A stretch of DNA of 64,000 bases from Perkinsus chesapeaki ATCC PRA-425. Lineage: Eukaryota > Protista > Perkinsozoa. This document shows positions 34,832 to 46,507 of the stretch, one piece after another (within the stretch, counting starts at the first letter, position 1; each line of letters begins with the position of its first letter). Both the position numbers and the translations under genes were made by a program. Where the stretch lies: the NCBI GenBank assembly GCA_013115145.1, contig JAAPAO010000016.1:62001-126000 (forward strand), given 5' to 3'. The notes under the pieces are model-generated. The model was given only the letters and a program-made list of their open reading frames with translations. It made no database searches and was not told the DNA's origin.

Positions 34832-36205
34832 CTAAGTGTTGATGAACGGAGTTCTGTGCACGAAATGCCAGGCGAACCGTCCGAGCCAAGAAGACTCGCA
34901 CTCTTTCACTTTAGAAAATTCAATGAAGTCTTTCAAAGCCGCGGAGGATTTCCCACGAAGAACCATCTTTCCTTTTCCTTTGTCGCTGGCACCCATAACA
35001 AGGCAAGCGTCACTGGGCCCCAGTGAAGTGGCAAAGGTCCCAGCGCCCTTGGGCTTCCAGCTGTCTCGGAGATCAGTTAAACGAGTTAAGCCACAAAAGC
35101 GGGTAACAGAGGCGCCCTTGTGCTCGAGGCTATCGAGGATTCGAACGTTACAGCAAGCGTGGGAAGCTTGCTCCTCGGCAGGGTAGGATATCTTAGGGAT
35201 CGGTGGGAGCTCAGGGCAGAGGTTGCAGTCGCCAACGGCAAAGACACAGCCACCGCCGAAGAAAGATAGTTGGCCATCATCATTCATTTCGAGGACTTGT
35301 AATTTCTTATTAACACGTATCCATCCGCCACCACAAGGGCCACACTTCTTGGGGTCCTTCTCTCTCCTATCAGGTGCTTCTGGATTGTAGCAAGTAAGAG
35401 TATTTGGAGGCATAAAGTAATTTGATGCTTTTACGCCGATGCAGACAAACGTGCGATCGGGCTTCTCTTCCAGACCTATCTGCTTGTAAAAGGCTGGGTC
35501 GTCCTTATATCTCCCATAGGAGATCTTTATGCCTCTTTCTTTCATGTAGCTTTCACAGTATTCCGCGGCACGCTCGGGAAGGGGGCCGAGGCACTTAGGT
35601 CCAGAGTCGACGATGTGTAGTTTTAGATTTGGGAAGTAGTGCTGCAGTTCAGTGACCCATTCGACGCCGATAAAGCCGCCACCGACCACGAGAACACTTC
35701 CACTGCGTTCGTTCAGTTCCTTGAGCTTTTCGTGCTCCTCGGCGATGTGGAGGCGTCGACCAGAAAGGAAGCGTTCGTCGAGGTGCTTCCACTCTGACTC
35801 GGCGCGAGCGTCTTCGTGGATGGTCGGGAACCACAAGGAAGCTCCCCATTTGTTCATAACACCGAAATTGCAGCCAGAGGCTATGATACAGTAATCGAAG
35901 GGGACTTCTCGAGTGGTGGTTGAGAACATAGGTTTCACCAAGGCATACTTATCTCGCCCGTTGATGCTCTTAACTTCACCAAAGATGAATTGACAACGCA
36001 TTTTTCGCTCCAAGACGGCTGAGTAGGTGAAGGTAAGACTGTGATGTTGCTGAGGGTGAACATAAGCTCTGAGGATGCCTGGAGTGTATTCGAAGTACTC
36101 CTTCGCATCAACCAAAGTGACATCAAAATGGGACTTGAGCTCTGCGGCGGCGAAGAGACCACTGAAGCCACCGCCGATGATAAGAACCTTACGTCTCTCT
36201 TGCAT
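34832..36205 (-). CDS. AIFM2/FSP1-like FAD-dependent pyridine nucleotide-disulfide oxidoreductase (copy 2), intronless
   Basis: KVLIIGGGFSG, YCIIASG, second Rossmann motif VLVVGGGFIGVE, and VFAVGDC. Confidence 0.9.
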   Translation of the reverse strand: MQERRKVLIIGGGFSGLFAAAELKSHFDVTLVDAKEYFEYTPGILRAYVHPQQHHSLTFTYSAVLERKMRCQFIFGEVKSINGRDKYALVKPMFSTTTREVPFDYCIIASGCNFGVMNKWGASLWFPTIHEDARAESEWKHLDERFLSGRRLHIAEEHEKLKELNERSGSVLVVGGGFIGVEWVTELQHYFPNLKLHIVDSGPKCLGPLPERAAEYCESYMKERGIKISYGRYKDDPAFYKQIGLEEKPDRTFVCIGVKASNYFMPPNTLTCYNPEAPDRREKDPKKCGPCGGGWIRVNKKLQVLEMNDDGQLSFFGGGCVFAVGDCNLCPELPPIPKISYPAEEQASHACCNVRILDSLEHKGASVTRFCGLTRLTDLRDSWKPKGAGTFATSLGPSDACLVMGASDKGKGKMVLRGKSSAALKDFIEFSKVKECESSWLGRFAWHFVHRTPFINT

Positions 36206-36397
36206 GAAAAAGGTTTACTGTTATATTCTATCTCTGCCCTTTGATGAACGCAAAACACTGCAGATGAAATACACACAGAAAACCCGTCTCGTGCTTTCAA
36301 GTGAGAGATTCTCAGCGATAGAAAATGGAATGAGGAACGGGGAGCAGACTTCTTTATAAGAAGTAGAGTGACGCATGCTGTTGAGGAGCAAGATCGT

Positions 36398-37771
36398 TTA
36401 GTTTATTAGAGGCATGTGATGGACGGTATACCATATAGTACGGCCAACAATGCCTCTTCTGTACTCATCAACTTTGGTCATCTCAATTAGCTTCTTCTGA
36501 AGCACCACAGGTCGTCCCCAAAGCGCCATATAGCCCGGATGGGAGCCAGGTACCGCGCCCAGCACGAAGCAGCCATCCTCAGGACCAAGGGAGACGGCAT
36601 AGAAACCAGCACCCCAGGGAGTCCAAGTGTCGACTAGCTCACCTGGCCGACCTAACAGGCATTCAGTCCAGCTCTTAGTGAGACCGCTGGCGACTTTTAT
36701 ATTATAGTAAGCATTGCGGGCTTGTTGTTCAGTAGGGAAACACAGCTTAGGTATCATAGGAAGATCAGGGCAGAAGTTGCAGTCACCAATAGCGAATACC
36801 GAACCATCAGCGAAGGGCTTCTCAGTGCCGTCAGACTTAACTTCCAAAACCTGTAGTTTCTTGTTGACCTTTATCCAGCCACCACCACCAGGGCCAAGCT
36901 TCTTCGGGTCGGTCTCTTGACAGTCGGGCTTGTTGGGGTTGAAACTGGTTAGGGTACACTTAGGCATGAAATAGTTGGCCGCCTTCACTCCCATACATTC
37001 GTACACACGGTCAGGATTGCGCTTCAGGCCAAGCTTGGTGTAGAAGTCAGGGTCATCGCTGAAGCGGGCAATATGGAGCTGAATTCCGCGTTTTTTTAAC
37101 GCATCTTCACAGTAGGTTCGAGCAGAGTCGGGAAGATTCCTCAGAATAGTGGGGCCGGCGTCGACGACATGAAGCTCGATATTGGGGAAATAATAAGCCA
37201 TCTCAGTGACCCATTCAATACCAACCAGGCCACCACCGATAACAACAACGACGCCCTTGTTTTGGTCGAGTTCAGCAAGCTTCTCGTGCTCATTTTCAAT
37301 ATGAGCTCTTCGGCCTGCCAAGTAGCGCTCATCGAACTGGGGCCAGCTGGAATCTTTCCGGGCTTCTTCGAGGGAAGTGGCGTCCCAAGGAGTTTCGCCC
37401 CACTTAGTAGTGAGACCGAACTTGCAGCCGGTAGCGACGATGCAGTAGTCGAAGTCGACACCGATCTCCTTGGACCACACAGGCTTCACTTTCGCGATTT
37501 TGCGCGTACCATCGATCGACTTGACTTCACCAAAAATAAACTTCGCACCGAGTTTGTCCTCAATAACAGAGGCAAAGGCGAAGGAGAGGTTGGGGTGGTA
37601 GGAAGGCTGGGCATATGCTTGTAAAATGCCCGGAGTGAACTCAAAGTACTCTTTGGTGTCGACTAAGGTCACATCAAATTCACCGGCAAGGCGTTCCGTG
37701 GCGCACATGCCACCGAAGCCACCGCCGATGACGAGTACCTTCGGCTTGGACGAGGATGATTCAGAAAACAT
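36398..37771 (-). CDS. AIFM2/FSP1-like FAD-dependent pyridine nucleotide-disulfide oxidoreductase (copy 1), intronless
   Basis: KVLVIGGGFGG, YCIVATG, VVVIGGGLVGIE and VFAIGDC; collinear with the downstream paralog. Confidence 0.9.
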   Translation of the reverse strand: MFSESSSSKPKVLVIGGGFGGMCATERLAGEFDVTLVDTKEYFEFTPGILQAYAQPSYHPNLSFAFASVIEDKLGAKFIFGEVKSIDGTRKIAKVKPVWSKEIGVDFDYCIVATGCKFGLTTKWGETPWDATSLEEARKDSSWPQFDERYLAGRRAHIENEHEKLAELDQNKGVVVVIGGGLVGIEWVTEMAYYFPNIELHVVDAGPTILRNLPDSARTYCEDALKKRGIQLHIARFSDDPDFYTKLGLKRNPDRVYECMGVKAANYFMPKCTLTSFNPNKPDCQETDPKKLGPGGGGWIKVNKKLQVLEVKSDGTEKPFADGSVFAIGDCNFCPDLPMIPKLCFPTEQQARNAYYNIKVASGLTKSWTECLLGRPGELVDTWTPWGAGFYAVSLGPEDGCFVLGAVPGSHPGYMALWGRPVVLQKKLIEMTKVDEYRRGIVGRTIWYTVHHMPLIN

Positions 37772-38294
37772 CACAATTAAAGTGATGGAAAATAAATGAG
37801 ACGAGACAACGAGGACAAGCGTAATAGCGCCGCTCCGCTAGAAAAATGTGTCATGTTGTGCCACTTTCGACTCAACATCATCTTCCGATGACAGGTAGAA
37901 ACGTGTATGGAGCATTTCACATGCACTCACCTAGCTTCAAGAGAGTTCTATAAGTTCTATGAATCATTACTAGACCCCCATTACTACTCCCCTACTCGAC
38001 ATGAAGTTGAGGGAAATGCGGTATGAAATTGGCACTGCTTATCGTTAGAACGTACCCAGTAAACCCGAAGGAATTCTAGTAATTTAGTAATCTAGTAACT
38101 GCAGCTTTCATATTCAGTCCTCCTTATCTGATCTAGTATTAAATTAATATCTAATAGTGGAAAAAATCCCCCGCTATTTCCGTGGGACACTCAAGTTACC
38201 GAGCTCCAGTAGTCAAAATTTCGAATAAGCAATATGTTAAGAAGAACTGGACTTAGTGTGATGTATATTATAGTGTTGTTGTTCTATACTATTA

Positions 38295-41200
38295 ATGTCA
38301 TCATCTACGTCATCATCATCAAATACCAGCCAGTGTAGACTTTATCTTGGTATTGGTGCGGTGGTAGGGACCATGGCATATGCAGGGTAATAGGGAGGCA
38401 CATTTTAACATTAACCTAAAAGTATCTTGTAGTATTATCAACTTCTAAGTATCTTACAGTATTATTAACCTCAAAATATCTTACAGTGTTATTAACCTCA
38501 AAATATCTTACAGTATTATTAACCTCAAAATATCTTATATCACCCAGCGCACTATGAATGTTCCGTATAAAGGTACCGTACAAAGCTCTACGTAGATCGC
38601 TTACGAGGTCAAGTGGCGGAGCTCGAGATGGAGTTGAATGTAGCAAAGATTCTTTCATACCGTATCTTGCATTTTTAACCTCAGAGAGACGTACCGGGTT
38701 ACGCTCAACCATCAGAGAAGCAGCCGCTCACGAAGGTGGCGCCTCACCGACCAGTTCGGATATTTATGGATGGTGCCTTCGATCTCATGCACTATGGGCA
38801 TATGAATGCCTTCCGAGCCGTAAGTGTTGGGACACAGTAACTCGGCACAGTATATGTATTGCTTATTGCACTTTATATATTACAATTTCATTAACAGAGT
38901 CGCTTTATTAGAACTCACTATTGGATATTCTTTATGGAATAGTATACGGTTTGTAGGTATATCGGTTTCACCGATGGCGGAGCGTGATTATGTTTAATTA
39001 GGCTCGAGAGCTGGGTGACTATCTCATTGTTGGAGTCAACTCTAGTGAGACCATCGCAGAGTGCAAAGGGACACCGCCGGTCCTGTCTGATGAGGAGCGA
39101 TGTGATGCTGTCAAGGCTTGCGTATGGGTCGATGAGATCATCCCGAAAAGTCCGTATATTATGACACCGGAGTACATCCAGGAGGTAGGGCAGCTTTGGG
39201 GGTGGGGGTGAAGGAAGTGTGATAGCAGGTACTGTTTGATAAATATAAGGTCGATTATATAGTTCATGGAGATGATCCCTGTATAGTAAATGGAAGAGAT
39301 GTTTATGAGAGCGCAAAGGCAGCTGGGAAGTTTAAAAATATACCTCGAACGGAGGGAGTCAGTAATGACGGGGGTGGGATTCGAACCTGGGTGCCTTAAA
39401 AATGGCATCCAAACTGGCGTGCTAAGCGTTTCAATAAGAAGAATAACTTGAATGCGCCTACTAGTAACGCGTGTTTCTCCTTCCACTAGAAATGACTTTT
39501 CGTATTTCAATGCTATAAAATCGGGTTTGGCGCATCCCCGGCTTGAACCAGGGACCTTTGGATTGTTGGTAGGTACTAGTGATATAGTTGGCAGAGCTAT
39601 GATTCTGGCTAATAACCATCACATAGCACTCAAAGAGAATGTGGTCGACGGGAAGGGATGTATTACTCGCAAACGAGCCTCTTCCGAGAATTTAGAATTC
39701 GAGGTAGTTTTGTTGCACGCATGCACAAAATCTTCGCAGTGCGTAATGGTACCTTTTCAGGGCCCGTCGATCAGCGCTGTGTCTCGTTTTTTTCCTACTG
39801 AGCGATTAGTATCTTCATTTTCGGCACGTGTGAAGGCTCAGAAGCCCGGCCAGAAGGTGGTGTATATAGACGGTGCATTTGATATGTTCCATGCTGGTAA
39901 TAATAAGGAGGGGACACTTTTACGCTCCATAGGATGGCCGGAGTCGGGGCTGTTGAGGTGGGAAGAAACCTATATCATGGTTCTAATCCCCGTGGAAATC
40001 TGAATTGGAATATATTATTAGTTTCTAGGCGTCAGGCTTTGAAAGTATTGGCGAGCGAGCGTGGGGTGGGCCGACTTGGGCCTTGAAAGTTTCAGAGTTC
40101 CCGTTTGAATCTATTCTCCATGATGAGTTCAATTTCCTGGGATTATTCTCTTGGTCACAACGTGCGCTCGTTGGAAGGCAATTCGAAATTTCTGGGAGAT
40201 TCTCTCCAATTTTCGGTGTACATATCGCTTGCATGACATAAAGCACATGCTAAGGGCTATAACTGGATTACGGTAAATATATCTGTACAGGTCATATTTC
40301 GACGTTAAAGAAGGCCCGTGAGCTGGGCGACTATCTCATCGTTGGTGTCCACTCGGATGCTGTTGTCAATAAAATGAAAGGGGGAGTGTAAGAGCAGTCT
40401 TAGATGGTCGAGGGTATGTTATTTTAGTTATCCCTGTATGAATTTGAAGGAGCGTGTGCTTAGTGTATTAGGATGCCGATATGTTGACGATGTAAGATAG
40501 GCTTTGGTTGGACGCAGCCGGGGTTGTCGGCCTTGGCCAATTTATGGATCATTTGAATCATTTTAGACCGAAAGTGCCTTTCGGGCAGTGAGGTTAAAAG
40601 TAGTATCGTCGTCGGCGGCGTCAGTTTTTTTCGGTCTGCATTGGTCGTCATGCGAACGTTTTTTGCTTGAGCGGACGAACGCGAAGTGAAGGTCTTCCTG
40701 TGTTTCTACTTCTCGTATTTTTCAGTAATTTTGTGGCTTACTGAATACACTTGCTTGTTACTGATAGGTCCTAGCCGATGCCCCATTCGCCCCAACCGAG
40801 GACTTAATTCTTCAACTGGGTGTATCTGTAGTGGTTAAGGGTACCGAGAGAGATGTCGGCGAGCTGGGGCTAGACCTCAATGAAGATCCTTACCTCATCC
40901 CCAGGGAAATGGGCATTCTTACGGAGATACAAAGTAATAGGGTCGCACGGGAGGGGGTTAAGTCGAATGCCCTTATACCGCGAAATTGATGATCCAATCC
41001 AATTGAAGATCTTAATTTTCAAGTTCCGAATCGATCAAATCTTGATCTGATTCGGAACTTCTTTAAAAATTAAATCAGCCTCTCCCTACATTCGATTGAT
41101 TAGTGAACTTGATTGAAGCAGCACGAAGGGCTGCCGAGATTGTTCTGTAATTATTTTTTCTATCTCCCGACGTATTTTTATGAAGCTGGATGATTGCCAG

Positions 41201-41401
41201 TTACCAGGAAACTATCTTGCTGCTCTCAGTCGGACTTGGCGGAACTCGCCCTGTGTTGGGCTCTCCCAGCTGGTTTGGAAGGGATTTCTGTCATCAGGTG
41301 AATCGACTTTGAGTGTTAATGAGATATTAGAACGGATCGATGAACAGAGGCACGCTCGAGCGAAGGTTATTCAGAATAAAATGCGCAAAGAACGCGAGTG
41401 A
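38295..41401 (+). CDS. PCYT2: Ethanolamine-phosphate cytidylyltransferase (two CT domains), multi-exon
   Basis: Exons encode [101 protein letters not shown] and LSVNEILERI. Confidence 0.93.
38418..38540. repeat. 27-bp intronic minisatellite, about 4.5 copies
   Basis: Unit AAAATATCTTACAGTATTATTAACCTC repeated with minor variation. Confidence 0.9.
39366..39419 (-). pseudogene. Degenerate class II (Leu-like) tRNA 3' half at the 5' end of a PCYT2 intron (antisense)
   Basis: Reverse complement ...TGCC-ATTTTTAA-GGCA (variable-arm hairpin) CCCAGGTTCGAATCCCACCCCCGTCA. It begins 4 nt after the GT donor at 39362. Confidence 0.75.
39528..39566 (-). pseudogene. Degenerate tRNA 3' half at the 3' end of the same PCYT2 intron (antisense)
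   Basis: Reverse complement CAATCCAAAGGTCCCTGGTTCAAGCCGGGGATGCGCCA ends a few nt before the AG acceptor at 39571-39572. Confidence 0.75.
41012..41073. repeat. Intronic inverted repeat (hairpin)
   Basis: AAGTTCCGAATC-GATCAA-ATC-TTGATC-T-GATTCGGAACTT forms an 18-bp stem with one bulge, extended by TTAATTTT/AAAATTAA. Confidence 0.85.
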
Positions 41402-41639
41402 GCTCTTGACGTCCAAGCGACCTCGGAAGAATCTTTCGTCAGATACACTGAAAATAAGCACAAGGATAGGCTGAAGAAGGGCCCTGTTGCACCCAGTAGC
41501 GCCTAGGAGAAGCGCGTCGGCCTTTTTTGTACAGTCCCTCGATTATTGAAAGCGTTTGCAGCTGGAGACTTGAACCAAGCCGAACTTCTTCTTGGCTTTC
41601 CACTGACTGTACTTTTAATCATCTCAGTTGAATGGGGAT

Positions 41640-43700
41640 GCATCCTGCTTGAGTAGATTTATAGGCTTGTGTTGATATAGTGGGAGGTTGGGTGGTCACG
41701 CAATAAAGAAGAATAGTTCGTTTCTTGGGATTTCTCAATACTGAGGACTGGAAAGTGGAATTTCGGACATGAGTACTATAATTATCTCCTCAATATGTTG
41801 TGTATCTCATTGGCCAACATTCGAGTGTTATACTGCTAGAATGGTTTATTGGGCTGCACAACGACCAAAGGCGAGCTATCGAACATTGCATTCAGCTCTT
41901 TAACTTTTAGGTTGCTTTAGGGAATATTACTAATATATAATAGTCCTGATACTAATAGCGTGTTATCCTATATCATGAGAAGGGCGATGTAAGAGCAATT
42001 AATTCTAGCTTATTATTTCCTAGGGATCATTTTCGAGAATCCATCTTCGTGGATGAAGCTCTTGGATGGAGAGAAGATGCGTTTTGCCAGTCGGGGTAAT
42101 AATAGACTAGTGATTAGATTTATTTATCTTTAATAATAGTAATAATTATCATATGATATTATATATATATCTAAAGTACAGATTTATCTATAAATTATTA
42201 TATAATATATTCATATATAATGTTGAGTTATAGATGGGCTGCAAGTCTCTCCACAAAGAATGTATTCCGTGTCCTGTTTTACCCTAGGAACATCGTGCCT
42301 GGGAGCTTTCTCGCTGCATCTCCGCATTGGGAAATATTTCCGACACTCGAAGCAAGCTTGTAGGTTCGTAGCAAGTTGCCGTTGGGTTGTGTAATGGCAT
42401 TGACGGTTGAACTGAAGAGTGTTGATATATCTCCAAACGATTGCCCTTTGGAGCAAGAGCTCACATTAAAAATGAAGATAGCGACTTCGGAAGAGGTGGG
42501 CTGGAATGAAGACAGGATTTGGTGAGAAGTGATGTCAGATAACTGGGGCCCGATGGTCTGTTAAATACTTGGTTGACACTGTCCACTCAAGAAAGATAAT
42601 ACGTAGGAGGTTCCATTGGGAAGAGGATAACTGGGATATAAGCTTCCCAAAACTCGAAGGGGGGGGGGGCGCTAAGTGCGGTGACATCGACAGCTTGGGG
42701 TAGAAAGGACTCTGGTGTAAAAGATGTCCGTATTGGAAATTTCTTTGGCGGGCTTCACACCCTTTCACACCCGTAGGACCCTGACTGGCAGATGTTCCGC
42801 AAATCTGGAGACATGAGCTCAAACGACATGTGATAATGTTGATGTCAGATCTCGGCGATATCTCTAGCGGTACCATCCCGGCCGGGGAGAGCTCAGTGGA
42901 GTTTTCAACCCCCCGAATTGACGTTAGTGGCGTTCCGTCTGAAGTAAGTGCGTCCTCCTATGATGAGAAGTTGGCTCACAACCTGGAGCGTATTAGACTC
43001 GTTAAATCTGGACTCGATTACCTGCGTTGCAATCTCACTGTGTTTGGTGGCCTATGCCTGTCCGTATTGATAAACCCTGATGAGCTGGTGGTACTTGACC
43101 GATGTATGAGTTCAACGCAGCTAAGAACAAGTGGAACTGGAGATAGTGGAATTCGTCATTAGCATCATCATCACCAATGCCCTCAAGAGGCATCAGTTAA
43201 ACATACTTTTAGTCGAGGTCATGAATGTATCAGGTCGGTGTGGCTGGTAGCTATAGCTGAGCTATATTGTTTTATTGGGATGTTCCTAATTGTTATTGTT
43301 TTGTATTATAACTTGCCGCTGAATAACAACTCAAAGCTTGCTGTCGATAGTGATATCGCATTGATGTATGATAACGTGGCAATAATGAAAAATGCTAAAA
43401 TGGGTGTTGGTTCTATCGACCAACATCGGCGGCGAATCGATATAAATGATATTCTTAGTTGATCGGTCAATGTGCAGATAATGGGTTCCTCTTTAGTCTG
43501 ATTAGGAGCTATATCGTGATATCATTGAATCTTAGTGAGTTTGTGGAGGTTTCGGTATGACAGGTGTTGGCCAACGTCGGTCTTCTGACGATGACTTTAG
43601 AAAAGGAAGGAGCTTCCGGCGAGAGGGAGCATGTTGTGGATATTAATATGGTGAGCTTACGCACTATAAAAGATTCTCGGGAGCGTATCTTAGGTCACAC
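41640..43700 (+). CDS. Hypothetical multi-exon protein; boundaries uncertain
   Basis: Several open segments with splice sites, e.g. EHRAWELSRCISALGNISDTRSKL and 42830-43162 (...YDEKLAHNLERIRLVKSGLDYLRCNLTVFGG). No motif recognised. Confidence 0.4.
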
Positions 43701-43972
43701 AAGTGTCCCTGATCAACGGGCAACATATCCGAACGATATTTGACCCCACACAGTAACGTGATTTGGTGCGTTTTGAGTTGCGTTGAGGAAACTCAAGTGA
43801 AAGCAAGATTGCAAGTTTAAATGATACGTGTGACCGCGGAAGTGTCTCAATGCGCACTTTGGTGATTCTTTCGGATCAGTGGCGTTTTTTGTATTTATTT
43901 TATCACATGCGACGCCAACCCATGCGAGCTTCAATTAAGACTCGAAAAAATCCAATTCAGAACAGCGGAGCG

Positions 43973-45639
43973 ATGCAATCTACGGCGACTACTACGGCCA
44001 GGAAAGCGGCATCGAAGGGGGCTTCGGGAGCGTCGAGCTCGTCATCGAGTTCGGTGGAGTGGGGGAGTGAGATGGGAGGAGACAATTACTGTGTGAGGGA
44101 GGTATGGGCGAAGGATTTGGATCATGAGTTGCAATTGATGGAGAAGTTGGTTGAAGAGTATCCTTATGTGGCCGTGGATGGAAGGTTCCCGGGGGTGGTA
44201 GCGAGACCGACAGGTAGTATCTAAGGTTGGAGCGTGCGTGATGCTGTGGAGGTTTAGGTCCTTTCAAAGATGACACTGAAAGAAATTATGATATTGTTCG
44301 GAGCAATATGGAGCTTGTTAAAATAGTTCAACTAAGTTTGGCGTTCGCCAACGAGGACGGCGAGGTCGCCAGTCACCCTGAGGATGTTCGGAGAGGCGCT
44401 ACTGGCAAGAAGCGCCGATCGCCGCCGCCGCCGAGGTGCGTCTGGAAAATTAACTTCCAATTCGACTTTCGAAAGGATCTGTATTGCGCCGATGCCTTGA
44501 AGAGACTGATGAAGCCGATTGCCGAGGGAGGAGCTGGGATAGACTTTAATACACATCGATTGAAGGGTGTCAGTGTGGATAGGTTCTCGGAGCTGATAAC
44601 GGGTAGTGGCCTGGTGATGTCACCTGACGTGAGATGGATCACAGTGGAAGGCAGCTTCCTGTTTGCGGGGTTGGTGCGGATGTTGTCGGGGCAAGTGCTG
44701 CCGAAAACTGAGGAGGAGTTCTCGGATATGTGCTACGAGTACTTCCCAAACATCCGAGATTTGAGGGCGTGTCGGTGGTGCTCAAAAAAGTGCGGCAATC
44801 CTCCTCGAGTCCCTTTGCACGCATGCGCATCTGAGAGGGCGATTCTGGAGGCCTGTGGGCGGGATGGGTTGAAAGATACGTCACCGACATTGGCGATGAT
44901 CGATGTCTTCTTTAAGCATGGTGGGGCATTGGAGGCTCTTAAGGGAAGTGGATCGGACGATTCTTCGGTGTCGTCCTCGCTGCAAAACAGCGACAATCTA
45001 TTGGCTGATAACAGCTCGGTGTCGACGGGCTTGAGAAGGCCTTCGGCGAGGTGGGCGGCGGTGCTTCCGAAGCCGACTAGGCGACCCTCGCAGTTTGCAC
45101 TGTGGGAGTTCTCGGCGATTCACTTGAGTAGTCCGGCTGCAATTTGGCGAGAGAGCGGTATGGATGTTGTTAATGAGCGGGTTCGACTACGAGAGAAATT
45201 AGAGAAGGAAGAGGAGCAGGAAGCAACTTTGCCTTCGAAGAGTGAAGTCGACGTCACGGCGTCACAGCCAGCGTCTCCACCGCCTCCTCCGCCGCCGCCC
45301 GGTCCTCCTCCTCCGGCAACTGTTGATGTTGATGCTCACTCCACCTCGAGCGCTTCGCCGACGGACAGACAGCACGGCCCTGGGACGGGTCATAGGCACC
45401 CCTTGAGGCATCCAAAGTATCCTCATGGGGCCCCGCCTCCGATGAGCGGAGCAATCGCTTATAAGGGGCCACCGGTGCAGAAGAAAGTGATGCAGAGATC
45501 GCTGCATTGGGGCTGTGTACAGGTCCCGGGGATACCATCGGCTCACGGTCGAGGGCGGCACAATGCTACCCCGCCGACTGTGATGGCGGGTGGCAACGGT
45601 GGCGATCAGGGGCGTCGAAGAGGAGGCGGCCGGCTGTAG
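43973..45639 (+). CDS. CAF1/POP2 (CNOT7/8-like) deadenylase homologue with degenerate DEDD site and Pro-rich tail; 3' end may extend
   Basis: VREVWAKDL, YPYVAVDGRFPGVVARPTG-PFK, NMELVKIVQLSLAF, VWKINFQF, GIDFNTH, FSELITGSGLVMSPDVRWIT and YFPNIRDLR. Confidence 0.88.
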
Positions 45640-46296
45640 TTCGGAGGGGACATTCTGTACACAATATGTATCATTTAACATAGTAATACCGATAAGCCTC
45701 GTTGACATCGTTGAATTATCGTCTCCCTATTAAGAGAGATGCAATGAAGTGGTGTGTCGCCGCTGGTATTGTCCGGTCACTAGGCGGCAACTGCTGCTGC
45801 TGCTGCTGCTGCTGCATCGTTGAGATCGAACAGTATCTTGTCGGGTTACATTTCCTAACATAAAAACCCGTTTGAAAATTTAAAGGTGTTGCGTTTGAGA
45901 TGGTGGTCATTGAAGGGTGAACGGATGGGGGAGATGATGTTTACAGCAGCAGCAGAAGTGAGAGGATTAATGTTATTAAGTGGTGGCGTTTGGATCTGTT
46001 GGAGGCAATGCCTATGTCTGTTAGTCCAGCAGTAGCAGCATCAGTAGCTGATCGATGATGAAGACGATCAACTAAGAGGTATTAGATATCGGTTTAACAG
46101 TTGCTGGGATATAATGGTATAGGGCTATAGTACGAGGAGGAGTAGGAGGAGGCTTGCAGTGAGTTTCCTTTTATTACAGAGTAAGATATTGTTAATAACT
46201 ATTGTGTGTAGCCTTTCTGTTGCCCTCAGATTGCTGATCGATGGTGTCCTTGTTGTTTGAGTAGGCAATACGCCTATTTTATCGCCTTACATGGTG

Positions 46297-46507
46297 CTGT
46301 AAGGCTGGACAGTAAGCTGTAAGGCTGGACAGTAAGCTGTAAGGCTGGACAGTAAGCTGTAAGGCTGGACAGTAAGCTGTAAGGCTGGACNNNNNNNNNN
46401 NNNNNNNNNNNNNNNNNNNNNNNNNNNNNNNNNNNNNNNNNNNNNNNNNNNNNNNNNNNNNNNNNNNNNNNNNNNNNNNNNNNNNNNNACAGTAAGCTGT
46501 AAGGCTT
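46297..46507. repeat. 20-bp minisatellite spanning an N gap
   Basis: Unit CTGTAAGGCTGGACAGTAAG, identical copies on both sides of the gap; true copy number unknown. Confidence 0.95.

Noticed and set aside
40505-40530. Additional weak antisense tRNA-like intron segments (also about 21740, 39938, 44235, 49486, 54410)
   Set aside because: They lack a recognisable T-loop or T-stem and cannot be distinguished from chance by eye. A covariance-model search is needed.
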